Shown: positions 29,306 to 39,668 of the stretch, in pieces
Numbering within the stretch: position 1 is the stretch's first letter
Layout: each line of letters opens with the position of its first letter
From: Alphaproteobacteria bacterium
GTDB lineage: Bacteria > Pseudomonadota > Alphaproteobacteria > UBA828
Direction: 5' to 3'
Assembly: GCA_963667785.2 (NCBI GenBank)
Contig: CAXXMU010000001.1
Coordinates: forward strand, 832,001-896,000
Length of the DNA: 64,000 nucleotides
Notes under the pieces: generated by a model
The model's database searches: none
Seen by the model: only the letters and a program-made list of their open reading frames with translations
What the model was told of the DNA's origin: nothing
Position numbers and translations under genes: made by a program

Positions 29306-29556
29306 GACGATGAGCGAGCGGCTGTGAGCGAACGCGGGGGCGGGGCCGAGCCATACCGAGCGTTCGGTTCGGCGGGGCGATCCGTTTACTGCGACAGATT
29401 ATACATGACGATGCCGCTATCGCCGGTCAAGTCGCTGTGTGCTTGCGGGCCGTGTGTATTCGGGGCAAGTTGCGCGGTCATGGGACCCGGCTGTGCGTGC
29501 CGTTCGCGTTCCGGCGGGGTGCGGCTTGCGGCGGCCCGCGGCCGACGTGTGCGGCG

Positions 29557-32325
29557 ATGAACGCGCACGCTTCGCAGCCGGCCCCTTCCGAGCCGTCGGC
29601 TCTCGCCGACGCGGTCGCCCGGGTAGCGCGGGACGACCGCGCCGCCGTCCTCGGGCTGATGCGGCGCGCCCTCGACGAAGGCCAGAGCGCGCTGAGCCAG
29701 CGCCTCGAAGCCGGCGCGTCGGGCGCCGAGATCGTCGCCGCCCGGACGACCCTGATCGACCGGCTGTTGCGCATCATGCTCGATCGGGCGGCGCTCGTCG
29801 TCTACCCCGAGCCCAACCCGACCACCGCCAGCCGCCTTTCGCTGGTGGCGGTCGGCGGCTACGGCCGGGGCGATCTGGCACCCCATTCCGATGTCGACGT
29901 GCTCTTCCTGCATCCCTACAAGCTGACCGGACGCGGCGAGCAGATCGTCGAGTACCTGCTCCACATGATGTGGGATCTCGGCCTCGTCGTGGGCCACGCC
30001 ACGCGCTCGGTCGCCGATTGCCTCAGGCGGGCCCGCGCGGACATGACGATCAGGACCTCGGTGCTCGAATCCCGCCAGGTGTGGGGCGACGAGGCCCTCT
30101 TCGGCGACTTTCGCCGGCGCTTCCTCATCGAGCTGATCCCCGGGACCGAGGCCGAGTTCGTCGCCGCCAAGCTCGGCGAACGCGACGCCCGCCACGTACG
30201 CACGGGTGATTCGCGCTACCTCCTCGAGCCGAACGTGAAGGACGGCAAGGGCGGCCTGCGCGACCTCCACGTGCTGTTCTGGATCGCCAAGTATCTCTTT
30301 CGCGTCGATGGGTTCGGCGATCTCGTGGAACGCGGCGTGTTGAGCGGGGACGAGCACGTCCGCTTCGCGCGGGCCGAGGACTTCCTGTGGCGTGTCCGCG
30401 CCCACCTTCATACCGTCAGCGGTCGTGCCGAGAACCGGCTTACCTTCGACGTGCAGCCCGAGATCGCCGTGCGCATGGGTTACGGGCCGCGCCGCGGCAA
30501 TCTGGCGGTCGAGCGGTTCATGAAGCACTACTTCCTGGTCGCCAAGACGGTCGGCGAGCTCACGCGGGTCTTCTGCGCCGTGCTGGAGGCGGAGCGGCTC
30601 CACAGAGCGCCGGTTCGCCACGCCGGCGCGCCCACCGGGCCCGCCCGCGACGGGATGCTGGTCTCGGGCGGTCGCATCGCCGCGGCCGGGGAGGCCACGT
30701 TCAGCGAGCGTCCGGCGCGCCTCGTGACCATATTCCGCCGCGCCCAGATCGAGGGGCGGGACATTCATCCGGCCACCCTGCGGATGATCCACCAGGGCCA
30801 CGGGCTGCTCGGCCCGTCGGTGCGCGACGACCCCGAGGCCAACCGCGCGTTTCGCGCGATCCTCACCGATCGCCGCGATCCGGAGAGGGTCCTGCGGATG
30901 ATGAACGAGGCGGGCGTGCTCGGCCGCTTCCTGCCGGACTTCGGCCGGGTCGTGGGGCAGACCCAGCTCGACCTCTACCACGTCTACACGGTCGACGAGC
31001 ACAGCATCCGCGCCATCGGCGTGCTCTCCGCCATCGAGCGCGGCGCGCTTGCCGACGAACTGCCGCTTGCCAGCACCCTCGTTCACCACCTGCGGATGCG
31101 GGAGGTGCTCTATCTGGCGCTGCTCCTGCACGACGTGGCGAAGGGGCGGGGGGGCGACCACTCGAAGATCGGCGCCGAGATCGCGCGCGACGTCGCGCGC
31201 CGGCTCGAATTCGAGCCGGACGAGGCCGACACGGCCGCCTGGCTGGTGCGCTGGCACCTCCTGTTCAGCATGACCGCGTTCAAGCGCGATCCCAACGATC
31301 CGCGCACCGTCGACGACTTCGTCGGTCGCGTCCGCTCGCTCGAGCGCCTGCGCCTCCTGCTGGTGCTGACGGCCGCCGACATCACCGCCGTCGGGCCCGG
31401 TCGCATGAACGCCTGGAAGAGCTCGCTGCTGCGCATGCTCTACCACCGCGCCGAGGCGGTGCTGGCCGGCGGTCGTGAGGCGGAGGATCGAGAGGCGCGC
31501 GTGGCGAAGGCCCGGCAGGCGCTGCGTGCCCGCCTCGGCGACTGGGCCGAGGCCGACATCGCGCAGTTCGAGGCGCGCCTCCCCGACACTTACTGGCTCT
31601 CCACCGACAGCGCGATGCAGGAGCGTCATGCGCGCCTCGTGCGGGGCGGGGGCAGGGGGCCCCTGGTCGGGACCCGTATCGACCGCGCCAGGGACGCGAC
31701 CGAAATGACGCTCTACACGCCCGACTACATCGGCCTGTTCGCCGCCATCGCCGGCGCGATGGTGGAGTCGGGCGCGAACGTCGTCGATGCCCGCGTCTAC
31801 ACCACCAGCGACGGCATGGCCGTCGACACGATCTGGCTCCAGGCCGCGGACGGCGGCGCGTTCCGCGACGAAGGGCGCCTGAAGCGGCTCAAGCAAGGCG
31901 TCGTCCGCGCGCTGGCCGACGATGGCGGTGCGAGAGCCGGAGGGGCGGCTAAAGCGGCCGTCGCGGCCCCGCCGCAGCCGGCGCGGACCGCGGCGATCGT
32001 CCTCGAGCCCCATGTCCTCGTCGACAACGGCGCGAGCCGCGGCTACACGGTGATCGAGGTCAGCGCGCGCGACAGGCCGGGGCTCCTCTACGACATCACG
32101 CGGACGCTCAGCGCCTGCGGCGTCTCGATCGGCTCGGCGCATATCTCGACGGTCGGCTCGCGCGCCGTCGATGTCTTCTACGTGCGGGATCGCTTCGGCC
32201 TGAAGCTCTCCCGCGACGCCCAGATCGCGCAGGTGCAGGGCCGCCTGACGGAGATGCTCGAGCGCGAGTCCGGCGTCGCGCCAGTCGCGCCAGGCACCGT
32301 GCCGCGCCGCCGCGCGGCCGTCTGA
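29557..32325 (+). CDS. glnD: PII uridylyltransferase/uridylyl-removing enzyme
   Basis: AVGGYGRG..APHSDVD, EPNVKDGKGGLRD, HVYTVDEH, LLHDVAKG, two ACT domains (DRPGLL). Confidence 0.96.
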   Translation: MNAHASQPAPSEPSALADAVARVARDDRAAVLGLMRRALDEGQSALSQRLEAGASGAEIVAARTTLIDRLLRIMLDRAALVVYPEPNPTTASRLSLVAVGGYGRGDLAPHSDVDVLFLHPYKLTGRGEQIVEYLLHMMWDLGLVVGHATRSVADCLRRARADMTIRTSVLESRQVWGDEALFGDFRRRFLIELIPGTEAEFVAAKLGERDARHVRTGDSRYLLEPNVKDGKGGLRDLHVLFWIAKYLFRVDGFGDLVERGVLSGDEHVRFARAEDFLWRVRAHLHTVSGRAENRLTFDVQPEIAVRMGYGPRRGNLAVERFMKHYFLVAKTVGELTRVFCAVLEAERLHRAPVRHAGAPTGPARDGMLVSGGRIAAAGEATFSERPARLVTIFRRAQIEGRDIHPATLRMIHQGHGLLGPSVRDDPEANRAFRAILTDRRDPERVLRMMNEAGVLGRFLPDFGRVVGQTQLDLYHVYTVDEHSIRAIGVLSAIERGALADELPLASTLVHHLRMREVLYLALLLHDVAKGRGGDHSKIGAEIARDVARRLEFEPDEADTAAWLVRWHLLFSMTAFKRDPNDPRTVDDFVGRVRSLERLRLLLVLTAADITAVGPGRMNAWKSSLLRMLYHRAEAVLAGGREAEDREARVAKARQALRARLGDWAEADIAQFEARLPDTYWLSTDSAMQERHARLVRGGGRGPLVGTRIDRARDATEMTLYTPDYIGLFAAIAGAMVESGANVVDARVYTTSDGMAVDTIWLQAADGGAFRDEGRLKRLKQGVVRALADDGGARAGGAAKAAVAAPPQPARTAAIVLEPHVLVDNGASRGYTVIEVSARDRPGLLYDITRTLSACGVSIGSAHISTVGSRAVDVFYVRDRFGLKLSRDAQIAQVQGRLTEMLERESGVAPVAPGTVPRRRAAV

Positions 32326-32359
32326 GCCGCGGGTCCGCCGCCGGCCGCGCGCACACGCC

Positions 32360-33925
32360 ATGGCCCTCGCCCGCTGGGCCGCCACGGTCGGCGGCTATAC
32401 CATGGGCTCCCGCGTCCTCGGGTTCGCACGCGACGTTCTGATCGCCTCGATCCTCGGCGCAGGCCCGGTGGCCGACGCCTTCTTCGTCGCCTTCAAGCTC
32501 CCCAACTTCCTGCGGCGGCTGTTCGCCGAGGGGGCATTCAACGCGGCCTTCGTGCCTCTCTTCGCCGGCACGCTGGAGCGCGACGGGCGGGCGGCGGCCA
32601 AGTCCTTCGCCGAGGACGTCCTGACCGTCCTGCTGTGGGCGCTGCTGCTGCTGGTCGTCGTCGCTCAAATCGTGATGCCGTGGCTCATGCACGTGCTCGC
32701 ACCGGGCTTTGCCGACGAGCCGGGCAAGCTCGATCTCACCGTGCAGCTCACGCGGCTCACCTTCCCCTACATCCTGCTGATCTCGCTCGTGTCGCTCCTC
32801 GGCGGGGTGCTGAACTCGCTCTACCGCTTCGCCGCGGTCGCCGCCACGCCGATCCTCCTCAATCTCTGCCTGATCGCGGCCCTGCTCGGGCTTTCGCGCT
32901 GGACCGAGACCCCGGGGCACGCGCTCGCGGTGGGGGTGACGGTCGGCGGCATCGTCCAGTTCGTCTGGCTGATCGTCGCGGCAAGGCGCGCCGGCATGTC
33001 GCTCCGCCTGCGCATGCCGCGGCTCACGCCGGGCGTGAAGCGCCTGCTGGTCCTTGCCGCACCGGCGGCGCTCGGCGCCGGCGTCGCCCAGGTCAACCTG
33101 GTGGTCGACATCATCATTGCCTCCCTGCTGCCGCCGGGCTCGGTGTCCTTCCTCTATTACGCCGACCGCGTGAACCAGCTGCCGCTCGGCGTGGTCGGTG
33201 TCGCGGTGGGCACCGCCTTGCTGCCGCTGCTCAGCCGCCAGCTCAGGGCGGGCGAGGCGGACGAGGCGCTAAAGAGCATGAACCGGGCGATCGAGATGGC
33301 GCTGCTTCTGGCTGTGCCGGCGGCGGCGGCGCTCATCGTCATCGCCGGCCCCGTGATCGCGGTCCTGTTCGAGCGCGGCGCGTTCGGCGCGACGGAGAGC
33401 GGCGCGACCGCCGGCGCGCTCGTCGCCTATGCCGCCGGGCTGCCGGCGTTCATCCTGATCAAGGTGCTGGCGCCCGGCTACTTCGCGCGCCAGGACACCC
33501 GCACGCCGGTGCGGATCGCCATTCTCTGCCTCGCGGTCAACATCGCGCTCAACCTCATCCTCATGGGGCCGCTCGCCCACGTCGGCATCGCGCTGGCGAC
33601 GACGCTCGCCGGCTGGCTCAACGTGGGGCTGCTGGCGGCGGGTCTCGCGCGGCGCGGCTTTCTCAGGCCCGATGCCCGGCTCAGGCGGCGGCTGCCGCGG
33701 ATGGTTGCCGCCGCGGCCGTCATGGCGGGAGTGCTTTGGGGCGTCGCGTTCGCCCTCGAAGCGCCATTGGGCACCGACGGCCTGCGCATCGCCGCGCTCG
33801 CCGCTCTCGTCGTCGCGGGCCTCGCGGGCTACGCCGCCGCGGCCGTCGCGCTGCGGGTCCTGTCGCTGAGCGAAATGCGTGCCTTGCTCCGGCGCCCGCC
33901 AAGCGAGGAACGAGGCCAAGGTTGA
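32360..33925 (+). CDS. murJ: Lipid II flippase
   Basis: SRVLGFARD, AFKLPNFLRRLFAEGA, YYADRVNQLPLG. Confidence 0.96.
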   Translation: MALARWAATVGGYTMGSRVLGFARDVLIASILGAGPVADAFFVAFKLPNFLRRLFAEGAFNAAFVPLFAGTLERDGRAAAKSFAEDVLTVLLWALLLLVVVAQIVMPWLMHVLAPGFADEPGKLDLTVQLTRLTFPYILLISLVSLLGGVLNSLYRFAAVAATPILLNLCLIAALLGLSRWTETPGHALAVGVTVGGIVQFVWLIVAARRAGMSLRLRMPRLTPGVKRLLVLAAPAALGAGVAQVNLVVDIIIASLLPPGSVSFLYYADRVNQLPLGVVGVAVGTALLPLLSRQLRAGEADEALKSMNRAIEMALLLAVPAAAALIVIAGPVIAVLFERGAFGATESGATAGALVAYAAGLPAFILIKVLAPGYFARQDTRTPVRIAILCLAVNIALNLILMGPLAHVGIALATTLAGWLNVGLLAAGLARRGFLRPDARLRRRLPRMVAAAAVMAGVLWGVAFALEAPLGTDGLRIAALAALVVAGLAGYAAAAVALRVLSLSEMRALLRRPPSEERGQG

Positions 33926-33950
33926 CGGCGCCGCGCGGGGGCGCGATAAG
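33922..33950 (+). promoter_or_regulatory. Possible sigma70 promoter of trpS
   Basis: TTGACG-N17-GATAAG. Confidence 0.35.
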
Positions 33951-33976
33951 GCGCGCCCCGGCGGAGCGTTCCAGGC

Positions 33977-34969
33977 ATGAAGCGGGTCTTTTCCGGCGTA
34001 CAGCCGACCGGCAATCTGCACCTCGGCAACTATCTCGGCGCAATCAAGAATTGGGTCGAGATGCAGCGCGAGCACGACTGCCTCTACTGCATCGTCGATC
34101 TGCACGCGATCACCGTGGCGCAGGCGCCGGACGAGCTCACGGACAACACCCGCGAGGTCACGGCGGGGCTCATCGCGGCCGGCCTCGATCCCAAGACCTG
34201 CATCATCTTCAACCAGAGCCGGGTAGCGGCGCACGCGGAGCTAGCCTGGATCCTCAACTGCTTCACGCCGCTCGGCTGGCTCAACCGCATGACCCAGTTC
34301 AAGGAAAAGGCGGGGAAGCAGCGCGACAAGGCGCTTCTCGGCCTCTACGCCTACCCGGTGCTGATGGCGGCCGACATCCTGCTCTACCACGCGACCGGGG
34401 TGCCGGTGGGCGAGGACCAGAAGCAGCATCTCGAGCTCTCGCGCGATATCGCCGGCGCCTTCAACCGGGCCTACGATGTCGAATTCTTTCCTCTGCCGGA
34501 GCCGATGATCTTCGGTGCGGCGACGCGGGTGATGAGCCTGCGCGACGGCCGCAGGAAGATGAGCAAGTCCGACGGGTCCGACTACGCCCGGATCAACCTG
34601 ACCGACGACGCCGACACGCTGGCACTCAAGATCAAGCGTGCGAAGACCGATTCCGAGCCGGGTCTCGCCTTTGATCCGGAGCGCAGGCCCGAGGCCGCGA
34701 ACCTGCTCAGCATCTACGCCGCGCTGGCGGGCGAGCCGGTCGAGAGGGTGGTCGCGGAGCACGCCGGGGTGGGCTTCGCCGCGTTCAAGGGCAGGCTCGC
34801 CGATCTCGCGATCGAGACACTCGGCCCGATCGCCCAGCGCATGCGCGAGCTGCTGGCCGATCCCGGCTACATCGACGGCGTGCTGGCCGACGGAGCCGAG
34901 CGGGCCCGCCACATCGGCGATGCGAATCTCGCCGAGGTGCGGCGCATCATGGGGCTGCTCGACGCCTGA
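33977..34969 (+). CDS. trpS: Tryptophanyl-tRNA synthetase
   Basis: [35 protein letters not shown]. Confidence 0.97.
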   Translation: MKRVFSGVQPTGNLHLGNYLGAIKNWVEMQREHDCLYCIVDLHAITVAQAPDELTDNTREVTAGLIAAGLDPKTCIIFNQSRVAAHAELAWILNCFTPLGWLNRMTQFKEKAGKQRDKALLGLYAYPVLMAADILLYHATGVPVGEDQKQHLELSRDIAGAFNRAYDVEFFPLPEPMIFGAATRVMSLRDGRRKMSKSDGSDYARINLTDDADTLALKIKRAKTDSEPGLAFDPERRPEAANLLSIYAALAGEPVERVVAEHAGVGFAAFKGRLADLAIETLGPIAQRMRELLADPGYIDGVLADGAERARHIGDANLAEVRRIMGLLDA

Positions 34970-35099
34970 GCCCCGCCGGGCGGCGTCCGGCTGCCCGAAT
35001 CGCCCAGGAAGCGCCCGTTCCGGGACTTTTCCCTTGCGCCGGTCGCGTGGGAGGCGCATGTAGCGGGCGCGCTCCCGCAGGCATGACACGACCCAGCCG

Positions 35100-36017
35100 A
35101 TGGAGATTTATCTCCCGATCGCCGAGCTTTCAGCCAATGCGCTGATTCTGCTCGTGCTCGGCGGCGGCGTCGGCCTGCTGTCGGGCATGTTCGGCGTGGG
35201 CGGCGGATTCCTGATGACGCCGCTTCTGATCTTCCTCGGCGTGACGCCCTCGGTCGCCGTCGGCACCGGCACCAACCTGATCATCGCCTCGTCGGTTTCG
35301 GGGACGATGGCGCACTGGCGCCGGGGCAACGTCGACTTCCAGATCGGCGCGCTGATCTCCTGCGGCGGCGTCGGCGGCGCCTGGCTCGGCGCCTTCCTCT
35401 TCAAGCTGCTCAGGGACGCCGGCCAGGTCGACCTCGTGGTCTCGCTCTCCTACGTGGTGTTCCTCACGGTCGTCGGCTGCCTGATGGGGATCGAGAGCAT
35501 CAGGGCCACGGTTTACCGGCAGCGCACGGCCCGCCGCAAGGCCCACCACCACACCTGGATACACGGCCTGCCGCTGAAGTTCCGGTTCCGTCGATCGCGC
35601 CTCTATGTCAGTGCGATACCTCCCTTCGCGCTCGGCTTCCTGATGGGCATTCTTGCCTCCATCATGGGCGTCGGCGGCGGCTTCTTCATGGTGCCCGCCA
35701 TGATCTACCTCATCGGGATGCCGACTGCGGTGGTGGTCGGCACGTCGCTGCTCAGCATCATCGTGATCAGCTCGGTCTCCTGCTTCGCCCATGCCGTCAA
35801 CAACAACAATGTCGACATCATTCTCGGCCTGCTGCTGGCGGTCGGTGCCGTTATCGGCGCGCAGTACGGCACGCGTATCGGCGGGCGCATCCGCGCCGAG
35901 CACCTGCGTGGCCTGCTTGCGCTCATGGTGCTCGCGGTCGGCGGCCGGCTTGCCTTCTCGCTGGTGGTGATGCCGGACGATCCCTTCGCGGTGGCGCCGT
36001 TGTGGGGGACTCCATGA
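35100..36017 (+). CDS. Sulfite exporter TauE/SafE-family protein
   Basis: Duplicated GVGGGF motifs; multi-TM; MEIYLPIAE start. Confidence 0.88.
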   Translation: MEIYLPIAELSANALILLVLGGGVGLLSGMFGVGGGFLMTPLLIFLGVTPSVAVGTGTNLIIASSVSGTMAHWRRGNVDFQIGALISCGGVGGAWLGAFLFKLLRDAGQVDLVVSLSYVVFLTVVGCLMGIESIRATVYRQRTARRKAHHHTWIHGLPLKFRFRRSRLYVSAIPPFALGFLMGILASIMGVGGGFFMVPAMIYLIGMPTAVVVGTSLLSIIVISSVSCFAHAVNNNNVDIILGLLLAVGAVIGAQYGTRIGGRIRAEHLRGLLALMVLAVGGRLAFSLVVMPDDPFAVAPLWGTP

Positions 36018-36793
36018 AACGCGCACCCGGATTGGCGGGACTCGCGCTCGCGCTCGGTCTCGTGGCCTGGTCCGCCGCTGGCGTCTTCGCGACACAGGCG
36101 GTGGCGGCGGAGCACGAGGAACCGCTGCTGATCGCGCTCTCGACGCAGCGCATCGAGATCGATTCGAGCTTCGCCGGCACCTCGATCATCCTGTTCGGCG
36201 CGACCGACGTGGCGGGCGATGTGGTGATCTCCGTGCGGGGACCCGAGGAGCCGGTCGTCGTGCGCCGCAAGCGGCAGTCCGCCGGCGTGTGGATCAACCG
36301 CGAGGCGATCGCCTTCCGCAACGTGCCCGGCTACTACGCCGTCGCCGCGTCGCGACCGCTCGAGGAGATCGTACCGGCCGAGCTGCTCGACCGGGCGCAG
36401 CTCGGCAGCGACCGCCTGCTGCTGGAGGTGATCTGGTTCGAGACACCGGGCGATGCGGACGATTTCCGCGCTGCCCTGCACCGCCACCGCGAACGGGATT
36501 CCCTCTATCGCTCGGAGCCTGCCGTAATCGATTTCATCGACGAGAGGCTCTTCCGCACGGAGATCGAGCTTCCCGCCCACGTGCCGACCGGCGAGTACAC
36601 GGTGGAGGCGTTGCTCGTCGTGGACGGCGAGGTGCTCAGCACCCGGACCGCGGCGCTGAGCATCGAGAAAGGCGGCTTCTCGGCCGACATTTTCGCCTTC
36701 GCGCGGGAGGACGAGGCGCTCTACGGCATCGTTGCCATCGCGCTTGCGCTGGTGGCAGGATGGCTGGGCAGCTTCGCCTTTCGCAAGGGCTAG
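36014..36793 (+). CDS. Conserved alphaproteobacterial membrane-anchored protein (TIGR02186-like)
   Basis: FAGTSIILFGA, VVVRRK...GVWIN, LFRTEIELPA; follows the TauE gene. Confidence 0.75.
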   Translation: MKRAPGLAGLALALGLVAWSAAGVFATQAVAAEHEEPLLIALSTQRIEIDSSFAGTSIILFGATDVAGDVVISVRGPEEPVVVRRKRQSAGVWINREAIAFRNVPGYYAVAASRPLEEIVPAELLDRAQLGSDRLLLEVIWFETPGDADDFRAALHRHRERDSLYRSEPAVIDFIDERLFRTEIELPAHVPTGEYTVEALLVVDGEVLSTRTAALSIEKGGFSADIFAFAREDEALYGIVAIALALVAGWLGSFAFRKG

Positions 36794-36814
36794 GAGCGCC
36801 GCGGGGTCTATGCC

Positions 36815-37321
36815 ATGACTGAGCAGACGCCGCCGGAATCGGGCGCAGCCCACGTTGCCGGTCAGGTCACGTTCCTGGTCTGCGTCGCCGACGATGGCCA
36901 TTCCGAGGTCGCGGCGCGGTTCGCCGCCCTGCGCGCGTGCAATTCGGGCGGGCACGTGGCGCTCCTTCACGTCGTGCAGCCGCCGGAGTTCCAGCACTGG
37001 GCCGCGGTCGGCGAGCTCATGCGTCAGGAGACGCGGGAGGAGGCGGACATCCTCCTTCAGACCATGGCCGACAAGGTGGTGGAGGTCACGGGCCGGGCGC
37101 CGAGCATGGCGGTGCGCGAGGGCGGCATCGGCGACGAGATACTGAGCCACATCGCCGAGAACGAGGCGATCAACCTGCTGGTGGTCGGCGCGGCTCCGCC
37201 CGATCAGGGGCGGGGGTCGCTGATCTCCTGGCTGGCCGGCCAGCTCGCCGGTCAGCTCAATATCCCGCTGGTGGTGGTGCCCGGCAACCTGGACGACGAG
37301 CAGCTGCGAGACCTGACATAG
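36815..37321 (+). CDS. Universal stress protein
   Basis: FLVCVADD, LLHVV, LLVVGA, IPLVVVPG. Confidence 0.88.
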   Translation: MTEQTPPESGAAHVAGQVTFLVCVADDGHSEVAARFAALRACNSGGHVALLHVVQPPEFQHWAAVGELMRQETREEADILLQTMADKVVEVTGRAPSMAVREGGIGDEILSHIAENEAINLLVVGAAPPDQGRGSLISWLAGQLAGQLNIPLVVVPGNLDDEQLRDLT

Positions 37322-37427
37322 GCGCCCGAGCGGGCAAGCGCCGCGGGCGCACGATGCGGGCCGTTCCGGCGCCGAAATTGGGTCAATTCGGCTTCTCCAA
37401 TAGTTGGGGAAAACCGAGGAGATTCTT

Positions 37428-37456
37428 CTTGAATCAAGAGCTTGCCGATCCTACTT
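37428..37456 (+). promoter_or_regulatory. Putative RpoH (sigma32) promoter of nfuA
   Basis: CTTGAA-N16-CCTACTT resembles the alphaproteobacterial RpoH consensus. Confidence 0.5.
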
Positions 37457-37517
37457 GACCTCATAGGCACTCTGACGCACGCTCCGGGCGCCCATTCTGG
37501 GCAGGGGTGGGAAAGAC

Positions 37518-38075
37518 ATGTTCATCCAGACCGAGCGGACTCCGAATCCGGCGACATTGAAATTTCTGCCCGGAGAGGCGGTGATGTCGTCCGGGACCGC
37601 GGACTTCCGCGATTCCGACTCCGCGGAGCGTTCGCCGCTGGCGCGGCGGCTGTTTCAGGTCGAGGGAGTCACCGGGGTGTTCTTCGGTGGCGACTTCGTC
37701 TCCGTCTCCAAGTCCGACGATGCCGACTGGCAGTCGCTCAAGCCCGTGATCCTCGGCGTGATCATGGAGCACTTCGTGGCGGGCCATCCGCTTCTCCTCG
37801 ACGATGCCGGGCAGGTGCCCGAGGAGGAGGGTGACGACGGTGCCGATGCGGAACTCGTTTCCCAGATCAAGGAGCTGCTCGATACGCGGGTGCGGCCGGC
37901 GGTCGCGCAGGACGGCGGAGACATCATCTATCGCGGATTCCAGAACGGCATCGTGATGCTTCAACTCCAGGGCTCGTGCCAGGGCTGTCCCAGCTCCACG
38001 ATGACCCTGAAGATGGGCATCGAGAACATGTTGAAGCACTACATCCCGGAAGTCGTGGAGGTGCGCGCCGTCTAG
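37518..38075 (+). CDS. nfuA: NifU/NfuA Fe-S cluster carrier
   Basis: MFIQTERTPNPATLKF, RPAVAQDGGDI, GSCQGCPSS. Confidence 0.93.
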   Translation: MFIQTERTPNPATLKFLPGEAVMSSGTADFRDSDSAERSPLARRLFQVEGVTGVFFGGDFVSVSKSDDADWQSLKPVILGVIMEHFVAGHPLLLDDAGQVPEEEGDDGADAELVSQIKELLDTRVRPAVAQDGGDIIYRGFQNGIVMLQLQGSCQGCPSSTMTLKMGIENMLKHYIPEVVEVRAV

Positions 38076-38112
38076 CACGGCCCGTGCGTCCCGGCCGAGC
38101 CGGGGAGGGAGA

Positions 38113-39591
38113 TTGAGCGTTTTGACCAATGCCGTGGGGCAGGCCTCCGCGCGCGAGCGCGCGAGCGGCACCCCGAGTCATCGGCGGAGCACGCCCGCCG
38201 CGCCATCGGCTGGCGCTCGCGCGAGCGACGGACGGAGGGGCCATCTGTCGGCACTTGGAGTGCTGACGGTGGCGACGCTCGCAGCCTTCGGCGTGGCGGC
38301 CGTCGGAACGGGCGGTATCGCGCCGGCCGCCGCCCGCGGTGCGCCGACGCCACTGGGACTCGCGGCCGCCCAGCCCGCGCCTGCCGTGGTCATGCCGGCC
38401 GCGCCGTCCCGAAGCGCACTGGTCTTCGCGCTGTCCGAACCGCTGCCGCCTCATCGCCGAGCGCCTGCCGCGCCCGACCGGACCTCGGCGCAGCCGCCCC
38501 TGCCTCCGGACAACCCGCTGCACGACACATGGCAGGAGGCGGTGATGGTGCCGGATCGGCCGGAGACCGTCGTTCCCGCACCGGCGCCCGCGGTCGCGAT
38601 GCCTGCGGATCCGCCCGCGAGCAAGGCGGCGCCGGCGAGGCCCGTGCAGAAGCCGATCGTGGTGGCCCATGCCGACGCGGCCGACGCGCCGCCGCCGGTG
38701 GTGCACAAGCCTGCCGCCGGCGCATCGTCGGCCGCCTCGGGTGCCGCTGGCGATGGGGAGGAAGCGCGATCGCTGCGATCGGTGAAGACCGTCGCTGCCG
38801 TGACCGCGCACTTCGCGTCGCTCGGCTACGACCTCGACGCCGTGCGCTCGGCCGCCCGTCCGGTGCCGCGCATCTATCTCGAGTCGCTGCCGCGCGATCT
38901 CGCCCGCATCGGGCATGTCGCCACGAAGAAGAACCTGTTCGTGCAGGCGGTCCTCCCGGTCGTTCTGCGGGTCAACGAGGAGCTTGTCGCTGAGCGCTGG
39001 CGTGCCGAGCACCTGGGAAACAGGCTTGCGCGGCATGGGACGCTCTCGTTCGCCGACGGCAAGTGGTTGCTGGATGCCGCCGAGCTCTACGGCACGAAAC
39101 CGCTCGACGTGCCGGCCCTGCTGAACCGGATGGATATCGTGCCGCCCTCGCTGGCGATCGCGCAGGCAGCGGAGGAGTCCGGGTGGGGTACCTCGCGCTT
39201 CGTGCTGGAGGGGAACGCCCTCTTCGGCCAATACACCTACAAGTCCAAGACGGGCATGGTGCCGATGCGCCGCGACGCCGACCGTCAGCACCGCGTGCGC
39301 CGCTACGAGGACCTGCTCGATGCGGCACGCTCCTACGCCCACAACCTCAACACCCATCCGGCTTACGAGGGCTTTCGTCGCCACCGGAGCATCATGCGCC
39401 GTGCCGGCGGCCCCATCGGCGGCTACGAGCTGGCCGGGAAGCTGTGGAAGTATTCGGAGCGCCGGGCGGCCTACATCGAGACCATCCGCCGGATCATCCG
39501 CCAGAACCGGCTCGACGACTTCGACGGGGCATGGCTGGGCGATCGCCGGTGGACGGCGCTGACCGTCTCGCCCCGCCGATACCCCATCTGA
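38113..39591 (+). CDS. Glucosaminidase-domain (Bax-like) protein with Pro/Ala-rich N-terminal region
   Basis: DIVPPSLAIAQAAEESGWGTSRF, GNALFGQ, YAHNLNTHPAY, YSER; start uncertain. Confidence 0.82.
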   Translation: MSVLTNAVGQASARERASGTPSHRRSTPAAPSAGARASDGRRGHLSALGVLTVATLAAFGVAAVGTGGIAPAAARGAPTPLGLAAAQPAPAVVMPAAPSRSALVFALSEPLPPHRRAPAAPDRTSAQPPLPPDNPLHDTWQEAVMVPDRPETVVPAPAPAVAMPADPPASKAAPARPVQKPIVVAHADAADAPPPVVHKPAAGASSAASGAAGDGEEARSLRSVKTVAAVTAHFASLGYDLDAVRSAARPVPRIYLESLPRDLARIGHVATKKNLFVQAVLPVVLRVNEELVAERWRAEHLGNRLARHGTLSFADGKWLLDAAELYGTKPLDVPALLNRMDIVPPSLAIAQAAEESGWGTSRFVLEGNALFGQYTYKSKTGMVPMRRDADRQHRVRRYEDLLDAARSYAHNLNTHPAYEGFRRHRSIMRRAGGPIGGYELAGKLWKYSERRAAYIETIRRIIRQNRLDDFDGAWLGDRRWTALTVSPRRYPI

Positions 39592-39668
39592 CCCGCCGAT
39601 TCCCCTGAACGCGCGGACGGCGCGGCGAGAACCGCTGCGGCCGGCCCGGACCCGGGCCGGCCGGGCTC

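Noticed and set aside
29398-29430. Full sigma70 promoter TTGACC...TATAAT for rseP
   Set aside because: The spacer is 21 nt, too long for the two boxes to pair
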